64,000 nucleotides of DNA from Candidatus Dormiibacterota bacterium (GCA_035635575.1 DASQAV010000031.1:1527-65526), one strand, 5' to 3'; counted from the first letter of the stretch, positions 27,842-38,165 are shown. The notes: generated by a model from the sequence alone, not told the origin. Program-made: numbers and translations.

Positions 27842-28807
27842 ATGAGCCTCCATCCTCAATTCCAGCGAACCCTCCTCGTCGTTCTGGTATTCCTTCCCGC
27901 GCTTTCGCAGACCTGCCGTGCTCAGAGCGGCGAGATTTCAGGGAGGATTACCGACGAGAACGGACGAGGCTTCCCGTACGCCAGCGTGATCCTCCTGGGT
28001 ACCCAACGTGGCGCCCGTGCGGATGCAAGCGGCGCGTACTCAATCCGGGATGTGCCGGTCGGCTATTACACGCTCACGACCCGGGTGATCGGCTATGTCT
28101 CGAGCAAGCAGGACAGCGTTCTGGTCGCCGACGGGCGAACGACGGTTGTGAATTTCTCGATGGCCATACGGTTCGACCCTCCACCGATCCAAGCCCCCGT
28201 ACGTGGATCGGCCCCACCGCAGACTCCACCACCTCCCCCTGCCGACCCGGTCCCCGGTCCGTTCGGAGAGGGTCCCGGAAGCACAGGGAAATTCTCGCTT
28301 GGGGTGAACCTGGGACTCGATTACCCGGAGCACCAGGGTATGGGCGGTGTCTGGCACGTTGCCGCTGGAGTGCCCGTGAACCGGTCACTCTCGATTGGAC
28401 TCGAGCTGGGCACGGCCTTCCACGCCGCAGAGAAAGGACGGACGGTTTGGGTGAACGCCATTCCGCGCACGTCCAGCATGCATGCGGTCTCGACACTCGG
28501 GATCCTCTTTCGTAGGTCGTTTGGGAGCGGACCCCTGCGCCCCCACGTCACGGCAGGAGTCGACTGGTATACGGAATGGGATGATCTGGACGCAACGGCT
28601 ACTCAATCAGCCTGCACCGCATGGTGGTCTGGCGTGGGCTTTCAGGGGGGATTGGGTTCCACGCTTCGACTCGGCTCCCATTGGGACCTGCTAGGCGAGG
28701 CCGTCTATCACCTCGAAACGAAGTCCACCTCCGATGCGAATTTTCTCATGCTTCGGTCAGGCATCCACTTCTTCTGGCGAAAAAGAGCTCCGGACCACCT
28801 GAACTGA
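27842..28807 (+). CDS. outer-membrane protein: CarbopepD_reg-like domain followed by a small beta-barrel
   Basis: Signal peptide, then ISGRITDENGRGFPYASVILLGTQRGARADASGAYSIRDVPVGYYTLT (CarbopepD_reg). A Pro-rich linker is followed by alternating-hydrophobic beta-strand segments ending ...SGIHFFW-RKRAPDHLN. Confidence 0.6.
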   Translation: MSLHPQFQRTLLVVLVFLPALSQTCRAQSGEISGRITDENGRGFPYASVILLGTQRGARADASGAYSIRDVPVGYYTLTTRVIGYVSSKQDSVLVADGRTTVVNFSMAIRFDPPPIQAPVRGSAPPQTPPPPPADPVPGPFGEGPGSTGKFSLGVNLGLDYPEHQGMGGVWHVAAGVPVNRSLSIGLELGTAFHAAEKGRTVWVNAIPRTSSMHAVSTLGILFRRSFGSGPLRPHVTAGVDWYTEWDDLDATATQSACTAWWSGVGFQGGLGSTLRLGSHWDLLGEAVYHLETKSTSDANFLMLRSGIHFFWRKRAPDHLN

Positions 28808-28910
28808 CGGTGGGCGCGGAACATCCGTTTACCAACACGTAGGAATCGATTGCGACCCTGGGTGCCGTTCCGTTGTTGTGCCAGGCCCCTGCATCTCGAG
28901 GAGCGTTGCC

Positions 28911-29945
28911 ATGTATCGAATTGGAATCCGTGTTGCCCTTCTGCTCTCGGCGACCCTGTCCGTCGGGGTGGTTGCCGCCTCCGACGACTCCCATTTCAAG
29001 GTTTCTCATCGAATTCTCCTTGGCGGCGAGGGAGGCTGGGACGCCCTCACCGTGGACGGAGCCACGCATCGGCTTTTTGTCACGCACGGGACGCGCGTCC
29101 AGGTGGTGGACACGCAAACGGACAAGGTCCTGGGCGAGATTCCCGAGACGCCGGGCGTCCACGGCGTCGCCCTCGCGCGTGACCTGGGACGTGGCTTCAC
29201 GAGCAACGGCCGCGACTCCTCGGTCACGATGTTCGATCTGAAGACGCTGGCGGTGCTCGGGAAGGTCAAGCTCGACGCCCGCAATCCGGACGCCATCGAA
29301 TACGATCCCGGCTCGAAACGGGTCTTCGTCTTCAACGGCGGCAGCGCGAGCGCGACGGCGATTGACGCGCAGAAGGGCATCGTCGTAGGGAACGTGCCCC
29401 TCAACGGGAGACCCGAATTCGCGGCCGCCGATGGCGCGGGCAAGGTGTATGTGAATCTCGAGGACTCGAGCGCCGTGGTGGCGTTCGACGCACGCACGCT
29501 GCGCATCCTTCACCGGTGGCCCCTCGCTCCCGGCGAGGAGCCGAGCGGATTGGCCATGGATCGGGAGCACCAGCGGCTCTTCGCCGGATGCGCCAATGAG
29601 AAACTGGTCGTGCTCGATGCCGGCGACGGGCACGTGGTGACCGTTCTCCCCATCGGCAAGAACGTGGATGGGGTGGCGTTCGACCCCAAGAGGCAGCTCG
29701 TGTTCAGCTCGAACGGGGAAGGCACCCTGACCGTCATCCACGAGGACGCGCCCGACAAGTATTCGGTCCTCGAAACGATCCCGACCCAGAAGGGGGGCCG
29801 CACGCTGGCTCTCGATGAGGAGACCGGGTCGGTCTACGTGCCGACGGCCGAGTTCGGGCCGCCACCCGCACCGACCGCCGACCATCCTCACCCGCGCGGG
29901 AGCGTCCTTCCAGGCACGTTCGTGGTGCTGGTCGCCAGAAGGTAG
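28911..29945 (+). CDS. YVTN/YncE-type beta-propeller repeat protein (secreted)
   Basis: Signal peptide MYRIGIRVALLLSATLSVGVVAASD. Repeated propeller blades (HRLFVTHGTRVQVVDTQTDKVLGEI, KRVFVFNGGSASATAIDAQKG, KVYVNLEDSSAVVAFDARTL, QRLFAGCANEKLVVLDAGDG, QLVFSSNGEGTLTVI). Confidence 0.7.
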   Translation: MYRIGIRVALLLSATLSVGVVAASDDSHFKVSHRILLGGEGGWDALTVDGATHRLFVTHGTRVQVVDTQTDKVLGEIPETPGVHGVALARDLGRGFTSNGRDSSVTMFDLKTLAVLGKVKLDARNPDAIEYDPGSKRVFVFNGGSASATAIDAQKGIVVGNVPLNGRPEFAAADGAGKVYVNLEDSSAVVAFDARTLRILHRWPLAPGEEPSGLAMDREHQRLFAGCANEKLVVLDAGDGHVVTVLPIGKNVDGVAFDPKRQLVFSSNGEGTLTVIHEDAPDKYSVLETIPTQKGGRTLALDEETGSVYVPTAEFGPPPAPTADHPHPRGSVLPGTFVVLVARR

Positions 29946-30145
29946 GTCGCGAAAGAGGCGGCGAAAGGGGACAAGGTCTACGTGGGTCCCCCGTAGATCA
30001 CCGTACGCAAATTCCGCACTGGCATCGAGTTGCCCGTTCACCCCAACTGCGCCGTAACTATTGGGCCGATCTAGTCGTATTCTCAGCGTGATCCCCCCGA
30101 AAAACCCATATCCACAGCGGAAGTCTCTGCGGAGGCCGTAGCGTC

Positions 30146-31429
30146 ATGAAACTCAAGCGGAAGCACCTTTGGATCGGACTTGCCGGTCTCGTGGTCATCG
30201 CCGCCGTGACCGGGGCCGCGATGCGCGGGCATGGCGGCAAGGCCGCGGAAGTCCAGACCGCCAAGGTCGAGCGGAAGAAGATCGTACAGAAAGTCAGCGC
30301 CACCGGGAAGATTCAGCCCAAGACCCAGGTCGAGATCAGCGCGGACGTGAGCGCCAAGATCTTGAAACTCCCGGTCGTGGAAGGGCAGACGGTCAAGAAG
30401 GGGCAGTTCCTGGTCGGGCTGGACCGCGAGCGTTACCTGGCCGCGGTGGAGAGCGCCGAGGCGAGCGTGAGCTCGGCCGAAGCCAACGCCGCGCTCGTGC
30501 GCGAGAACATGTCGCGCACGGAAAACGAGTTCAAGCGCTCCAAGCAGCTCCTCGCCGGCGGGCTGGAGTCCCAGGCTTCCTTCGAGGCGAAGCAGGCCGA
30601 GTACCAGGTGGAGGTGGCCCGTCACAAATCCGCCAACGACCAGGTCCAGCAGGCCAAGGCGGCGCTGAAGCAGGCGCGTGACGATCTCTCCAAGACCACG
30701 ATCTACGCTCCCATGTCCGGCACGATCAGCGCGCTGAACAAGGAGCAGGGCGAGATCGCGCTGGGGTCCCAGTTCCAGAAGGACGTCATTCTCATCGTCG
30801 CCGACCTGGCGGTCATGGAAGCCCAGGTCAACGTGGACGAGAACGATGTCATGTCGGTGGCCGTGGGGCAGCCCGCGGAGATCGAGGTGGACGCGCTGCC
30901 CGGGAAGAGCCTGAAGGGGGTCGTGTCCGAGATCGCGAGCAGCGCCCGTTCGGCGGGCGCGGGCACCACGGACCAGAAGACGGAATTCGAGATCAAGGTC
31001 ACGATCGTGGATCCCCCCAGGACGCTGCGTCCCGGGATGACCGCGAGCGCCGACATCGTCACCCACACCAACGACCGCGCCCTGAGCGTGCCGCTCCAGA
31101 GCGTCGCCGTCCGCACCGTGGACCAGCTCAGCGTGAAGGGGAAGAAGCGCAAGGTCGCGGAGGCCGCCGAGACGGGATACAAGGCGGACAAGGACGGCTT
31201 CGTGGAGATCGTGTTCTGCATCGAGCAGGGAAAGGCCGTCGCGAAGCAGGTCAAGACCGGGATTCAGAGCGATGACCTGATCGAGATCGTGGAGGGCCTG
31301 AAGGAAGGGGACGAGATCGTCACCGGCAGCTACCGGGCGATCTCGAAGGACCTCGAGAACGGCGCGGTCGTCACGATCGACAACACCAAGAAGCCGATGA
31401 CCAAAGAGGGCGGACCGCCTCAGGGCTAA
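30146..31429 (+). CDS. HlyD/MacA-type periplasmic adaptor (membrane fusion protein) of an ABC efflux system
   Basis: An N-terminal TM anchor is followed by a biotinyl/lipoyl-like segment (KIQPKTQVEISADVSAKILKLPVVEGQTVKKGQFLVGLD), a long coiled coil, a beta-barrel and an MP domain. This is the typical MFP architecture. Confidence 0.8.
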   Translation: MKLKRKHLWIGLAGLVVIAAVTGAAMRGHGGKAAEVQTAKVERKKIVQKVSATGKIQPKTQVEISADVSAKILKLPVVEGQTVKKGQFLVGLDRERYLAAVESAEASVSSAEANAALVRENMSRTENEFKRSKQLLAGGLESQASFEAKQAEYQVEVARHKSANDQVQQAKAALKQARDDLSKTTIYAPMSGTISALNKEQGEIALGSQFQKDVILIVADLAVMEAQVNVDENDVMSVAVGQPAEIEVDALPGKSLKGVVSEIASSARSAGAGTTDQKTEFEIKVTIVDPPRTLRPGMTASADIVTHTNDRALSVPLQSVAVRTVDQLSVKGKKRKVAEAAETGYKADKDGFVEIVFCIEQGKAVAKQVKTGIQSDDLIEIVEGLKEGDEIVTGSYRAISKDLENGAVVTIDNTKKPMTKEGGPPQG

Positions 31430-31434
31430 CGGCC

Positions 31435-32673
31435 ATGAAGCAAGTGCTCGACTTCCGGGAATCCCTCAAGATCGCCCTGCGCGCCATCCGCGCCAACAAG
31501 GCGCGCGGCGCGCTGACGACCCTCGGCATCATCATCGGCATCGTCGCCGTCGTGGTCACCATGACCGCGGCCAACGGATTGCAGAACAAGTTCCGCGAGA
31601 GCTTCTCCGCGGTGGGCACCGACGTGATCTACGTCTCGCGGATGCCCTGGGTGGTGATGAACGACTTCTTCTCCTTCCGCAACCGTCCCAACATCGACCT
31701 TCGCGAAGCGCGCCTCCTGGAGGAGAAGCTCCGGGGGAGGGCGATCGTCAATCCGTCCATGGCGGGGAATCAGGACGTGAAGTACCGCGTGGAGACCATG
31801 GAAGGGGTGACCGTCATCGGCACCACCGAGAAGGGAGTCCTGCTCGGCAGCGCCTTGCCCGAGACCGGCCGCTTCCTCATGCCCTACGACGTCAACTACA
31901 AGAAGGACGTCTGCGTGATCGGCGCCGACGTGAAGAAGGGGCTGTTCGGGACGTCGAATCCGCTGAACAAGGAGGTCCGGATCGCGCGCGGCACGTACCG
32001 TGTGATCGGCGTCATGGAGAGTCAGGGCGGAAGCTTTCTCGGAGGTCCGAACTTCGACCGTCAGATCTTCATTCCGATCACGACCTACGTCCGCGACTTC
32101 GGCGGCGCCCGCGGACAGCAGGAAGTGAACGTGGCGGTCAAGGCGCCGACGCAGGAATCGGTGAAGAACCTCGAGTACGAGGTCATCGGCGAGATGCGCA
32201 AGATCCGGAGGCTCCGGCCCACGGAGCAGGACAATTTCTCGATCAACAAGCTGGACACGCTGGTGGGCGCTTTCAACAGCACCATGGGGATCGTGATCCT
32301 GGTGGGCCTCATCGTGACCAGTATCTCGCTCTTCGTCGGCGCGGTTGGGGTGATGAACATCATGTTCGTGTCCGTGACGGAGCGCACCCGCGAGATCGGG
32401 GTCCGGAAGGCGATCGGCGCGACCCAGCGGAGCATCCTGCTGCAGTTCCTCTTCGAATCCTCGGTGATCTGCCTGCTCGGGGGGACCATCGGCATCCTGT
32501 TCGCCGCGATTCTGACGGCCGTTCTCAACGCGGCCGTGATGCCCGCGAGCCTCTCCATTCCCATCCTGCTGGTCGCCGTGGCGGTGTCGATCGCGGTCGG
32601 AGTGCTGGCGGGGATCGTGCCGGCCTTCCGCGCCGCGCGTCTCGACCCCATCGATTCCCTGCGCTATGAGTGA
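31435..32673 (+). CDS. ABC transporter permease, MacB/FtsX family (MacB_PCD + FtsX), no ATPase domain
   Basis: N-terminal TM (ALTTLGIIIGIVAVVVTMTA), a periplasmic domain, and C-terminal FtsX helices containing SVTERTREIGVRKAIGAT. Confidence 0.8.
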   Translation: MKQVLDFRESLKIALRAIRANKARGALTTLGIIIGIVAVVVTMTAANGLQNKFRESFSAVGTDVIYVSRMPWVVMNDFFSFRNRPNIDLREARLLEEKLRGRAIVNPSMAGNQDVKYRVETMEGVTVIGTTEKGVLLGSALPETGRFLMPYDVNYKKDVCVIGADVKKGLFGTSNPLNKEVRIARGTYRVIGVMESQGGSFLGGPNFDRQIFIPITTYVRDFGGARGQQEVNVAVKAPTQESVKNLEYEVIGEMRKIRRLRPTEQDNFSINKLDTLVGAFNSTMGIVILVGLIVTSISLFVGAVGVMNIMFVSVTERTREIGVRKAIGATQRSILLQFLFESSVICLLGGTIGILFAAILTAVLNAAVMPASLSIPILLVAVAVSIAVGVLAGIVPAFRAARLDPIDSLRYE

Positions 32674-33970
32674 GCCCAGGGTCGAAGGTCCGGCGCCTAT
32701 GACGCGGCGGAGGTCCGGGCAGATGCGCCCCCTCGATACGCTCTTCATGTCCACCGGAGCCATCCTCAGCAACAAGCTCCGGTCCATCCTGACCTTGGTG
32801 GGCGTCGTCGCGGGCGTGGCCTCCATCATCGCGGTCATGACCGCCATCGCGATCGTCCAGGGAACCCTGGAGCGCGAGATGAGCGTTCTGGGCGCCCAGG
32901 TGTTCCAGGTGCAGAAATGGCCCGCGGGCGGGTTCCAATCGGCCGCGCAGCGGCGGAAGGCCATGCGGCGTCCGCCCCTCACCCTGGCGAACGCGAAGGC
33001 GATCCGGGAGCACGTGGGGTCTGTCGACCTGGTCGGCTCCGAGATCTGGGACTTCGGGTTCAAGGCGCAGTACAAGGGCGAGTCCACGAACCCGAACCTC
33101 TCCATCTGCGGCGGCACTCCGGAATATCCGCCGAACAACACGCACTACGTGGGGCTGGGACGGAACCTCTCCGAGATGGACGTGAAGACGGCGCGCAAGG
33201 TCGCGGTCATCGGGCACGCGATCGCGAAGAAGCTCTATCCCTTCACCGATCCCATCGGAAAGGACATCCGCGTGGATGGCCGGAAGTACGAGGTGATCGG
33301 TGTCTTCGACGAGAAGAAGTCCGCCTTCGGAGGAGCCTTCGACAACTACGTGTTGATCCCCGTCTCCACCTTCATCAACACCTATGGCCTGGTGGGGCGC
33401 GACGGATTCCCGAGATCGGTGAACATCACCGTGCGTGCCAAGACCCCCGAGCTGATTCAGGACGCCATCGAGGAGACGCGCCAGGTGCTGCGCCGCGACC
33501 GCGGCGTGAAGCCCGGGGAAGAGGACAATTTCGAGTTCTTCAACAGCCAGAGCCTCATCACCCAGTTCAACAAGATGAGCGTGGGGGTGAAGATTGCCGC
33601 GTTCGTGATCGGGATCATCGCGCTCGTCGTGGCGGGGATCGGAATCATGAACATCATGCTGGTTGCGGTGACGGAGCGGACCCGCGAGATCGGAATCCGG
33701 AAGGCGCTGGGTGCCCGGCGCGCGAGCATCCTGGGGCAGTTCCTCCTGGAAGCGGTCATTCTCTGCAACATCGGCGGGCTGGTCGGTGTCGTCGTGGGAT
33801 TCGGATTGGGAAATCTGGTAACCGTCTTCACCCACTTCCAGGCGAGCGTGCCCATGGAATGGGCCGTGATCGGGCTTCTCTTCTGCTCCGCCGTGGGGAT
33901 CTCGTTCGGCCTCCTGCCCGCCATCCGCGCTTCCAGGCTTCACCCCATCGACGCGCTGAGGTACGAGTAG
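32666..33970 (+). CDS. second ABC transporter permease, MacB/FtsX family
   Basis: Same architecture as the previous gene (LTLVGVVAGVASIIAVMTAIA ... AVTERTREIGIRKALGAR). It overlaps the previous gene by 8 nt. Confidence 0.8.
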   Translation: MSEPRVEGPAPMTRRRSGQMRPLDTLFMSTGAILSNKLRSILTLVGVVAGVASIIAVMTAIAIVQGTLEREMSVLGAQVFQVQKWPAGGFQSAAQRRKAMRRPPLTLANAKAIREHVGSVDLVGSEIWDFGFKAQYKGESTNPNLSICGGTPEYPPNNTHYVGLGRNLSEMDVKTARKVAVIGHAIAKKLYPFTDPIGKDIRVDGRKYEVIGVFDEKKSAFGGAFDNYVLIPVSTFINTYGLVGRDGFPRSVNITVRAKTPELIQDAIEETRQVLRRDRGVKPGEEDNFEFFNSQSLITQFNKMSVGVKIAAFVIGIIALVVAGIGIMNIMLVAVTERTREIGIRKALGARRASILGQFLLEAVILCNIGGLVGVVVGFGLGNLVTVFTHFQASVPMEWAVIGLLFCSAVGISFGLLPAIRASRLHPIDALRYE

Positions 33971-34099
33971 CCCGCTCCCTCGTTTGACGCCCGCGTCGCC
34001 TCCGTGATACACTTAACTCCCATTTTTCGCCGCGACGTACCCGTCGGATCCATCGTGCATGCGCGGTCGCAAGCCAACTCGTACGACACAGGAGGCTTC

Positions 34100-34900
34100 A
34101 TGAACGGCGCTCGAACGATTTTCCGGATCCCGAATCTGATCCTCGCGCTCTCCGTGGTTACGACCCTCGGGCTGATCGCCCTTGCCGGTTGCAGCGACAG
34201 CAACAACCCGGCGAATCCCGGAGGCGGCGGAGCGAGCACCTCCAGCTTCACCGGGATCTTCTCGAGCCCCGCCCAAAGCGGAAAGTTGAGCGTCACCATC
34301 AACACGACGAGCCTGGCGGGCCGGGGCATCATCAAGCGGGCCGGCAGAGGGATCGTCACGTGCAGCGGCACGGCCGACTTCGGCGCCTCGACCATCAATA
34401 TTGCCGGCACCTACGATACGAGCATCGATGGGTTCACGCTGACCGGAGGCGGCTACACGTTTGACGGGACCTATCAGATCGCACAGGGGAAGCCGACGCT
34501 CCAGGGCTTCTGGGACGGCCCCGGCGGCGCCGGCGGCGACTTCACCTGCTACATCGGGAACAACACCACCGTCACCGTCTACTGCGGCAGGTACCACTCC
34601 AACGCGGCCGATGGGGACTCGATGGGGAACTGGACCTTCGGGGTCGTGGATACCTTGCTGGCGGGGTACGCCTTCGGCGATTCGTCGAACGCGAACAGCG
34701 GGATCTTCTTCGAGGGCAAGGTATCGGCCACCGGAAATCCCCGCATCATCAACATCAACTACAGCCCCAGCCAGTACACGCTGGTGGCGCCTGGAACGAT
34801 CGATACGACCGGAGTCGACGCGGTGAACGGGGCGTTCACGCTCACTCCCACCGTCGGGAGCGGAGTCAGCGGCACCTATATGGGATCGCTCTGTCCCTAG
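34100..34900 (+). CDS. hypothetical lipoprotein (Gly/Thr-rich)
   Basis: AGGAGG RBS before the ATG at 34100. Lipobox LIALAGC. No recognisable domain. The ORF-track start 34004 is less likely. Confidence 0.6.
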   Translation: MNGARTIFRIPNLILALSVVTTLGLIALAGCSDSNNPANPGGGGASTSSFTGIFSSPAQSGKLSVTINTTSLAGRGIIKRAGRGIVTCSGTADFGASTINIAGTYDTSIDGFTLTGGGYTFDGTYQIAQGKPTLQGFWDGPGGAGGDFTCYIGNNTTVTVYCGRYHSNAADGDSMGNWTFGVVDTLLAGYAFGDSSNANSGIFFEGKVSATGNPRIININYSPSQYTLVAPGTIDTTGVDAVNGAFTLTPTVGSGVSGTYMGSLCP

Positions 34901-34927
34901 ACGCACCGCGGGAGAGCGGCGCACACC

Positions 34928-36778
34928 ATGGTGAAGACGAAGAGGGCCCGATCGGTTCGGTCGCGGCCCTCTCGCCTTTCTCCCGCCGCGTCCTCCCCGG
35001 CCCGGCGCATTCTCTGGCTCCTTCCGGTGGGGATCGCGCTCGTGACCGCCCTGGCCTTCCTGCCCACCACCCGGTACGAGTTCACGGACTGGGACGACAC
35101 GGGCTACGTCACCGAGAATTCGATGATCCGCGACTCGTCGCCCTCCGGTATCGGCGCTCTCTTCAAGACGTTCGTCGAAGGCAATTACCATCCCCTCACG
35201 ATGGTCTCCCTTGCCGTGGACTACCGGCTCTGGAAGCTGAACCCCAAGGGCTACCACCTCACGAACGTCGTGCTGCACGTGCTCGCGACGACCGCCGTAT
35301 TCGCGTTCGTCCTGCTCCTCACCGGGTCGGCGGAGCTCTCCGCGATCACGTCCCTCTTCTTTGGAATTCATCCGCTCCACGTCGAATCGGTCGCCTGGGT
35401 CTCCGGAAGAAAGGACTGCCTGTATGCGCTGTTCTACATGCTCTCCTGCATCGCCTATCTGCTCTGGCTAAGGAAGCGCGGCCCGGGGCCTCTTCTCTAC
35501 GCGGCCATGCTGCTCTGCTTCGTGCTCTCCGTTCTCTCCAAGGGAATGGCGGTCACGCTTCCGGTGGCGCTCCTCGCCATGGATCTGTACCTGAAGCGCG
35601 GGTGGAGTCCGAAGCTTCTGCTGGAGAAGGCGCCCCTGTTTCTGATCGCGATCCTCTTTGGCTATCTCTCCATCGTGGCGCAGACGCGGCAGGGCGCCAT
35701 TCAGGATCTGGCCTCGTATCCCTTTCACGAGCGGATTCTCTTCGCCTGTTACGGGATCGCGGCGTACCTGGTCCGCGCCGTAGCACCGGTCGGGCTCTCG
35801 GCCTTCTATCCCTATCCTCTGAGGACTGGGGGAGGATTGCCGATGATCTACTCCCTGGCCCCCCTCGGGGTGCTCGTTCTGGGCGCGGGAATCGCCTGGC
35901 TGGCGAGGAAGGACCGGGTGGTGCTCTTCGGAGCGCTCTTCTTCCTCATCCATGTTGCCCTCGTCCTTCAGCTCTTCCCGGTGGGGAGTGCCGTGATCGC
36001 GGATCGCTACACCTATCTCTCCTTCGTGGGCGTGGGGCTCATCCTCGCTGGCGCATGCCGGCTGCTCGCCAGGGCGCTCCCGGCTCGGCTCGGGAGGACC
36101 GCGCTCCGGGCCGTGCTCGTGGCGGCGTTCAGTCTCGCCTTCTTCGCCACGCGCGCCCGCTCCGAGATCTGGAGGAACAACATCACCCTGTGGACGGACG
36201 TGCTGAGCCACTATCCGACCCTTCCGCTGGGCTACACCAAACGCGCGCGGACCTACATGCAGCAGGGAGACAATGAACGCGCGCGCGCGGACGTCGAGAA
36301 GGCGGTCGCGCTGACTCCCAACGATGATCGGGCGCTGACCATGCGGGGTACCCTTCGGTTCCTTCAGGGGGACAATGCCGGTGCCCTGGCGGATCTCCGG
36401 AAGAGTGTGGCCATCAAATCGGACGAACCGGTGGCGTGGAACAGCCTCGGCGCGGTGCATCTCACCCTCGGAGTTCGCGACAGCGCTCAGGCGGACTTCA
36501 CGCGCGCGATCGAGGGGAATCCTTCCTTCGCGGAGGCCTACCTGAACCGGGCGCTCGCGCGCGCGGCGTCACCCGCGAAGGCCCTGCCGGACTTCGACGC
36601 GGCGATCCGGTTCCGGCCCGGTAACGCGAGGGCGTACGTCTGGAGGAGCGAGACCCGGATACGGTTGGGAGATGCGGCGGGCGCGCTCCAAGACGCGCGA
36701 CAGGCTCAGGCGCTGGGGTATCCGGTGGACCCTACGTACCTCGAGATCCTGACGCGACGAGCCGTGGGAGCGCCCTGA
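34928..36778 (+). CDS. TMTC-like protein: DUF1736/PMT-like polytopic membrane domain fused to C-terminal TPR repeats (putative protein O-mannosyltransferase-like GT-C)
   Basis: N-terminal FLPTTRYEFTDWDDTGYVTEN...GNYHPLTMVSLAVDYRLW...YHLTNVVLHVLATTAVF...IHPLHVESVAWVSGRKD. About 10 TM helices. C-terminal TPRs (RARTYMQQGDNERARADVEKAVALTPND, AEAYLNRALARAASPAKALPDFDAAIRFRPGN). Confidence 0.75.
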   Translation: MVKTKRARSVRSRPSRLSPAASSPARRILWLLPVGIALVTALAFLPTTRYEFTDWDDTGYVTENSMIRDSSPSGIGALFKTFVEGNYHPLTMVSLAVDYRLWKLNPKGYHLTNVVLHVLATTAVFAFVLLLTGSAELSAITSLFFGIHPLHVESVAWVSGRKDCLYALFYMLSCIAYLLWLRKRGPGPLLYAAMLLCFVLSVLSKGMAVTLPVALLAMDLYLKRGWSPKLLLEKAPLFLIAILFGYLSIVAQTRQGAIQDLASYPFHERILFACYGIAAYLVRAVAPVGLSAFYPYPLRTGGGLPMIYSLAPLGVLVLGAGIAWLARKDRVVLFGALFFLIHVALVLQLFPVGSAVIADRYTYLSFVGVGLILAGACRLLARALPARLGRTALRAVLVAAFSLAFFATRARSEIWRNNITLWTDVLSHYPTLPLGYTKRARTYMQQGDNERARADVEKAVALTPNDDRALTMRGTLRFLQGDNAGALADLRKSVAIKSDEPVAWNSLGAVHLTLGVRDSAQADFTRAIEGNPSFAEAYLNRALARAASPAKALPDFDAAIRFRPGNARAYVWRSETRIRLGDAAGALQDARQAQALGYPVDPTYLEILTRRAVGAP

Positions 36779-36806
36779 GCCACGACCCGGGAGCGCGCTG
36801 AGGGAA

Positions 36807-38165
36807 CTACTTCGAAGAGGTTGCGGTCTTCTTGGGCGTGGCGGTGCCGGAAGCCGTGCGCTTCGATTTCTTGGCCCCGGTCCTGCGCTTTGAGACGTTC
36901 GAAACCTTCGCGGCGGTGGGCGCCGCGGTGGTCGTGCGCTGCACGGCCGGCCGCGGCGCGTCGGGGTCCAGAGCCGACGTGCGGCCGCTCGCTCGCGCGA
37001 AGGCTCCCAGATCCAGCGCTCCCCCTACCGCCCGTGCCTTCGATTTCGCTCCCTCCACGTATTCCTCCCTCGGCATGAGATCGAATCCCGTGGCGGACAC
37101 GCCGGGCGGGATCCCGCGGCCCAGGATCGCGTCCGGGGAGTCCGGGGTGAGATGGAAATCGTATCGGCCCGGATCCGCGAACCGAGGGGCGTTCCGGAGA
37201 GAGCCCTCGATGTAATTGCTCGCGGCGCTCACGTCTCCCCCATCCCAGGGTGTGCCCGGCCCGTAGAAGATGTTGTTCACGATCCGCACCTTCGCCGGAC
37301 GGCGGCAGTGGATGAACGCGCCGTCCGGACGCCCGTCGTTCACGAACGTGTTGTTGATGATGTAGATTTCTCCCAGATCGTTCTTGTCGCTCTCGGCGCC
37401 GTAGGAGACCACGTCGTAGTTCTCCGACAAGGGTCCCTGCTCGATTACATTCCCGATGATGTAGGTCCGGCCGCAGTCCGGCACGTCGATCGCGTAGCTT
37501 CCGGTGCCGTCCTCCTCGTCCGCGATCTTGTTGTAGAGGATGTAGTTGATGATCCCGCGCGTCTTGATGTTGTGGCCCACGGCGGTCCGGTGCGTGTACG
37601 TGTTCCGGATCGTGACCTGGGGACCCCACACATAGATGTTGTGGGTCTGGCCATCCCCGGCCCCGTTCCGATCGAAGACGCAGCCATCGATCACGACCTG
37701 GTCCGCGTCCCCCAGGATGCCGTTCTCGTTGTGGTGGAAATAGCAATTCCGCAGTGTCACCGTTCCCTTGGCGTGAAGACGAATCCCGGCGCCGTTCCGA
37801 TCCGGCACGCGGGCCCCGGAGAACTCGATGTTCTCGGCCGTGAAGTTCCTTCCCTCGACGACCCAGATCCCTTTTCCCTCCGAGCTCGCTCCGTCGGCAC
37901 GGAGCCGGGCGCGGCCGTCCGGTGCCCAGATCACGAGGTCGTTCTGGGTCCACTTCGCCACGTCGCCCGAATAGTCCCCTCCATCGAGGAGGATGATGTC
38001 CCCGTCACGCGCCACGACCGCGACGTCCGAGATGCGCTTGTAGTTGCGCTCTGGGCCGACGCGAAGCGTCGCGGCGGACGCGGAGGAGCCCAGCCAGGCG
38101 AGGAGGAGCAGGGGCATCAACGAAAGGGCGGAGGTTCCATGGAGAGATCGAGCGATGGCGGACAA
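36807..38165 (-). CDS. secreted right-handed parallel beta-helix repeat protein (polysaccharide lyase/epimerase-like) with a Lys-rich C-terminal tail
   Basis: Signal peptide. PbH1-like repeats (NGAGIRLHAKGTVTLRNCYFHHNENGILG, VIDGCVFDRNGAGDGQTHNIYV, IIGNVIEQG, IINNTFVNDG, IVNNIFYGPG). C-terminal ...PTAAKVSNVSKRRTGAKKSKRTASGTATPKKTATSSK. The start may be at 38165 or 38117. Confidence 0.7.
   Translation of the reverse strand: MSAIARSLHGTSALSLMPLLLLAWLGSSASAATLRVGPERNYKRISDVAVVARDGDIILLDGGDYSGDVAKWTQNDLVIWAPDGRARLRADGASSEGKGIWVVEGRNFTAENIEFSGARVPDRNGAGIRLHAKGTVTLRNCYFHHNENGILGDADQVVIDGCVFDRNGAGDGQTHNIYVWGPQVTIRNTYTHRTAVGHNIKTRGIINYILYNKIADEEDGTGSYAIDVPDCGRTYIIGNVIEQGPLSENYDVVSYGAESDKNDLGEIYIINNTFVNDGRPDGAFIHCRRPAKVRIVNNIFYGPGTPWDGGDVSAASNYIEGSLRNAPRFADPGRYDFHLTPDSPDAILGRGIPPGVSATGFDLMPREEYVEGAKSKARAVGGALDLGAFARASGRTSALDPDAPRPAVQRTTTAAPTAAKVSNVSKRRTGAKKSKRTASGTATPKKTATSSK

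Noticed and set aside
29978-29996. Palindrome CTACGTGGG-t-CCCCCGTAG after the beta-propeller gene, considered as a terminator
   Set aside because: The near-perfect inverted repeat leaves a 1-nt loop, and no U-tract follows, so it is not a credible intrinsic terminator. It may be a protein-binding palindrome but there is no further support.
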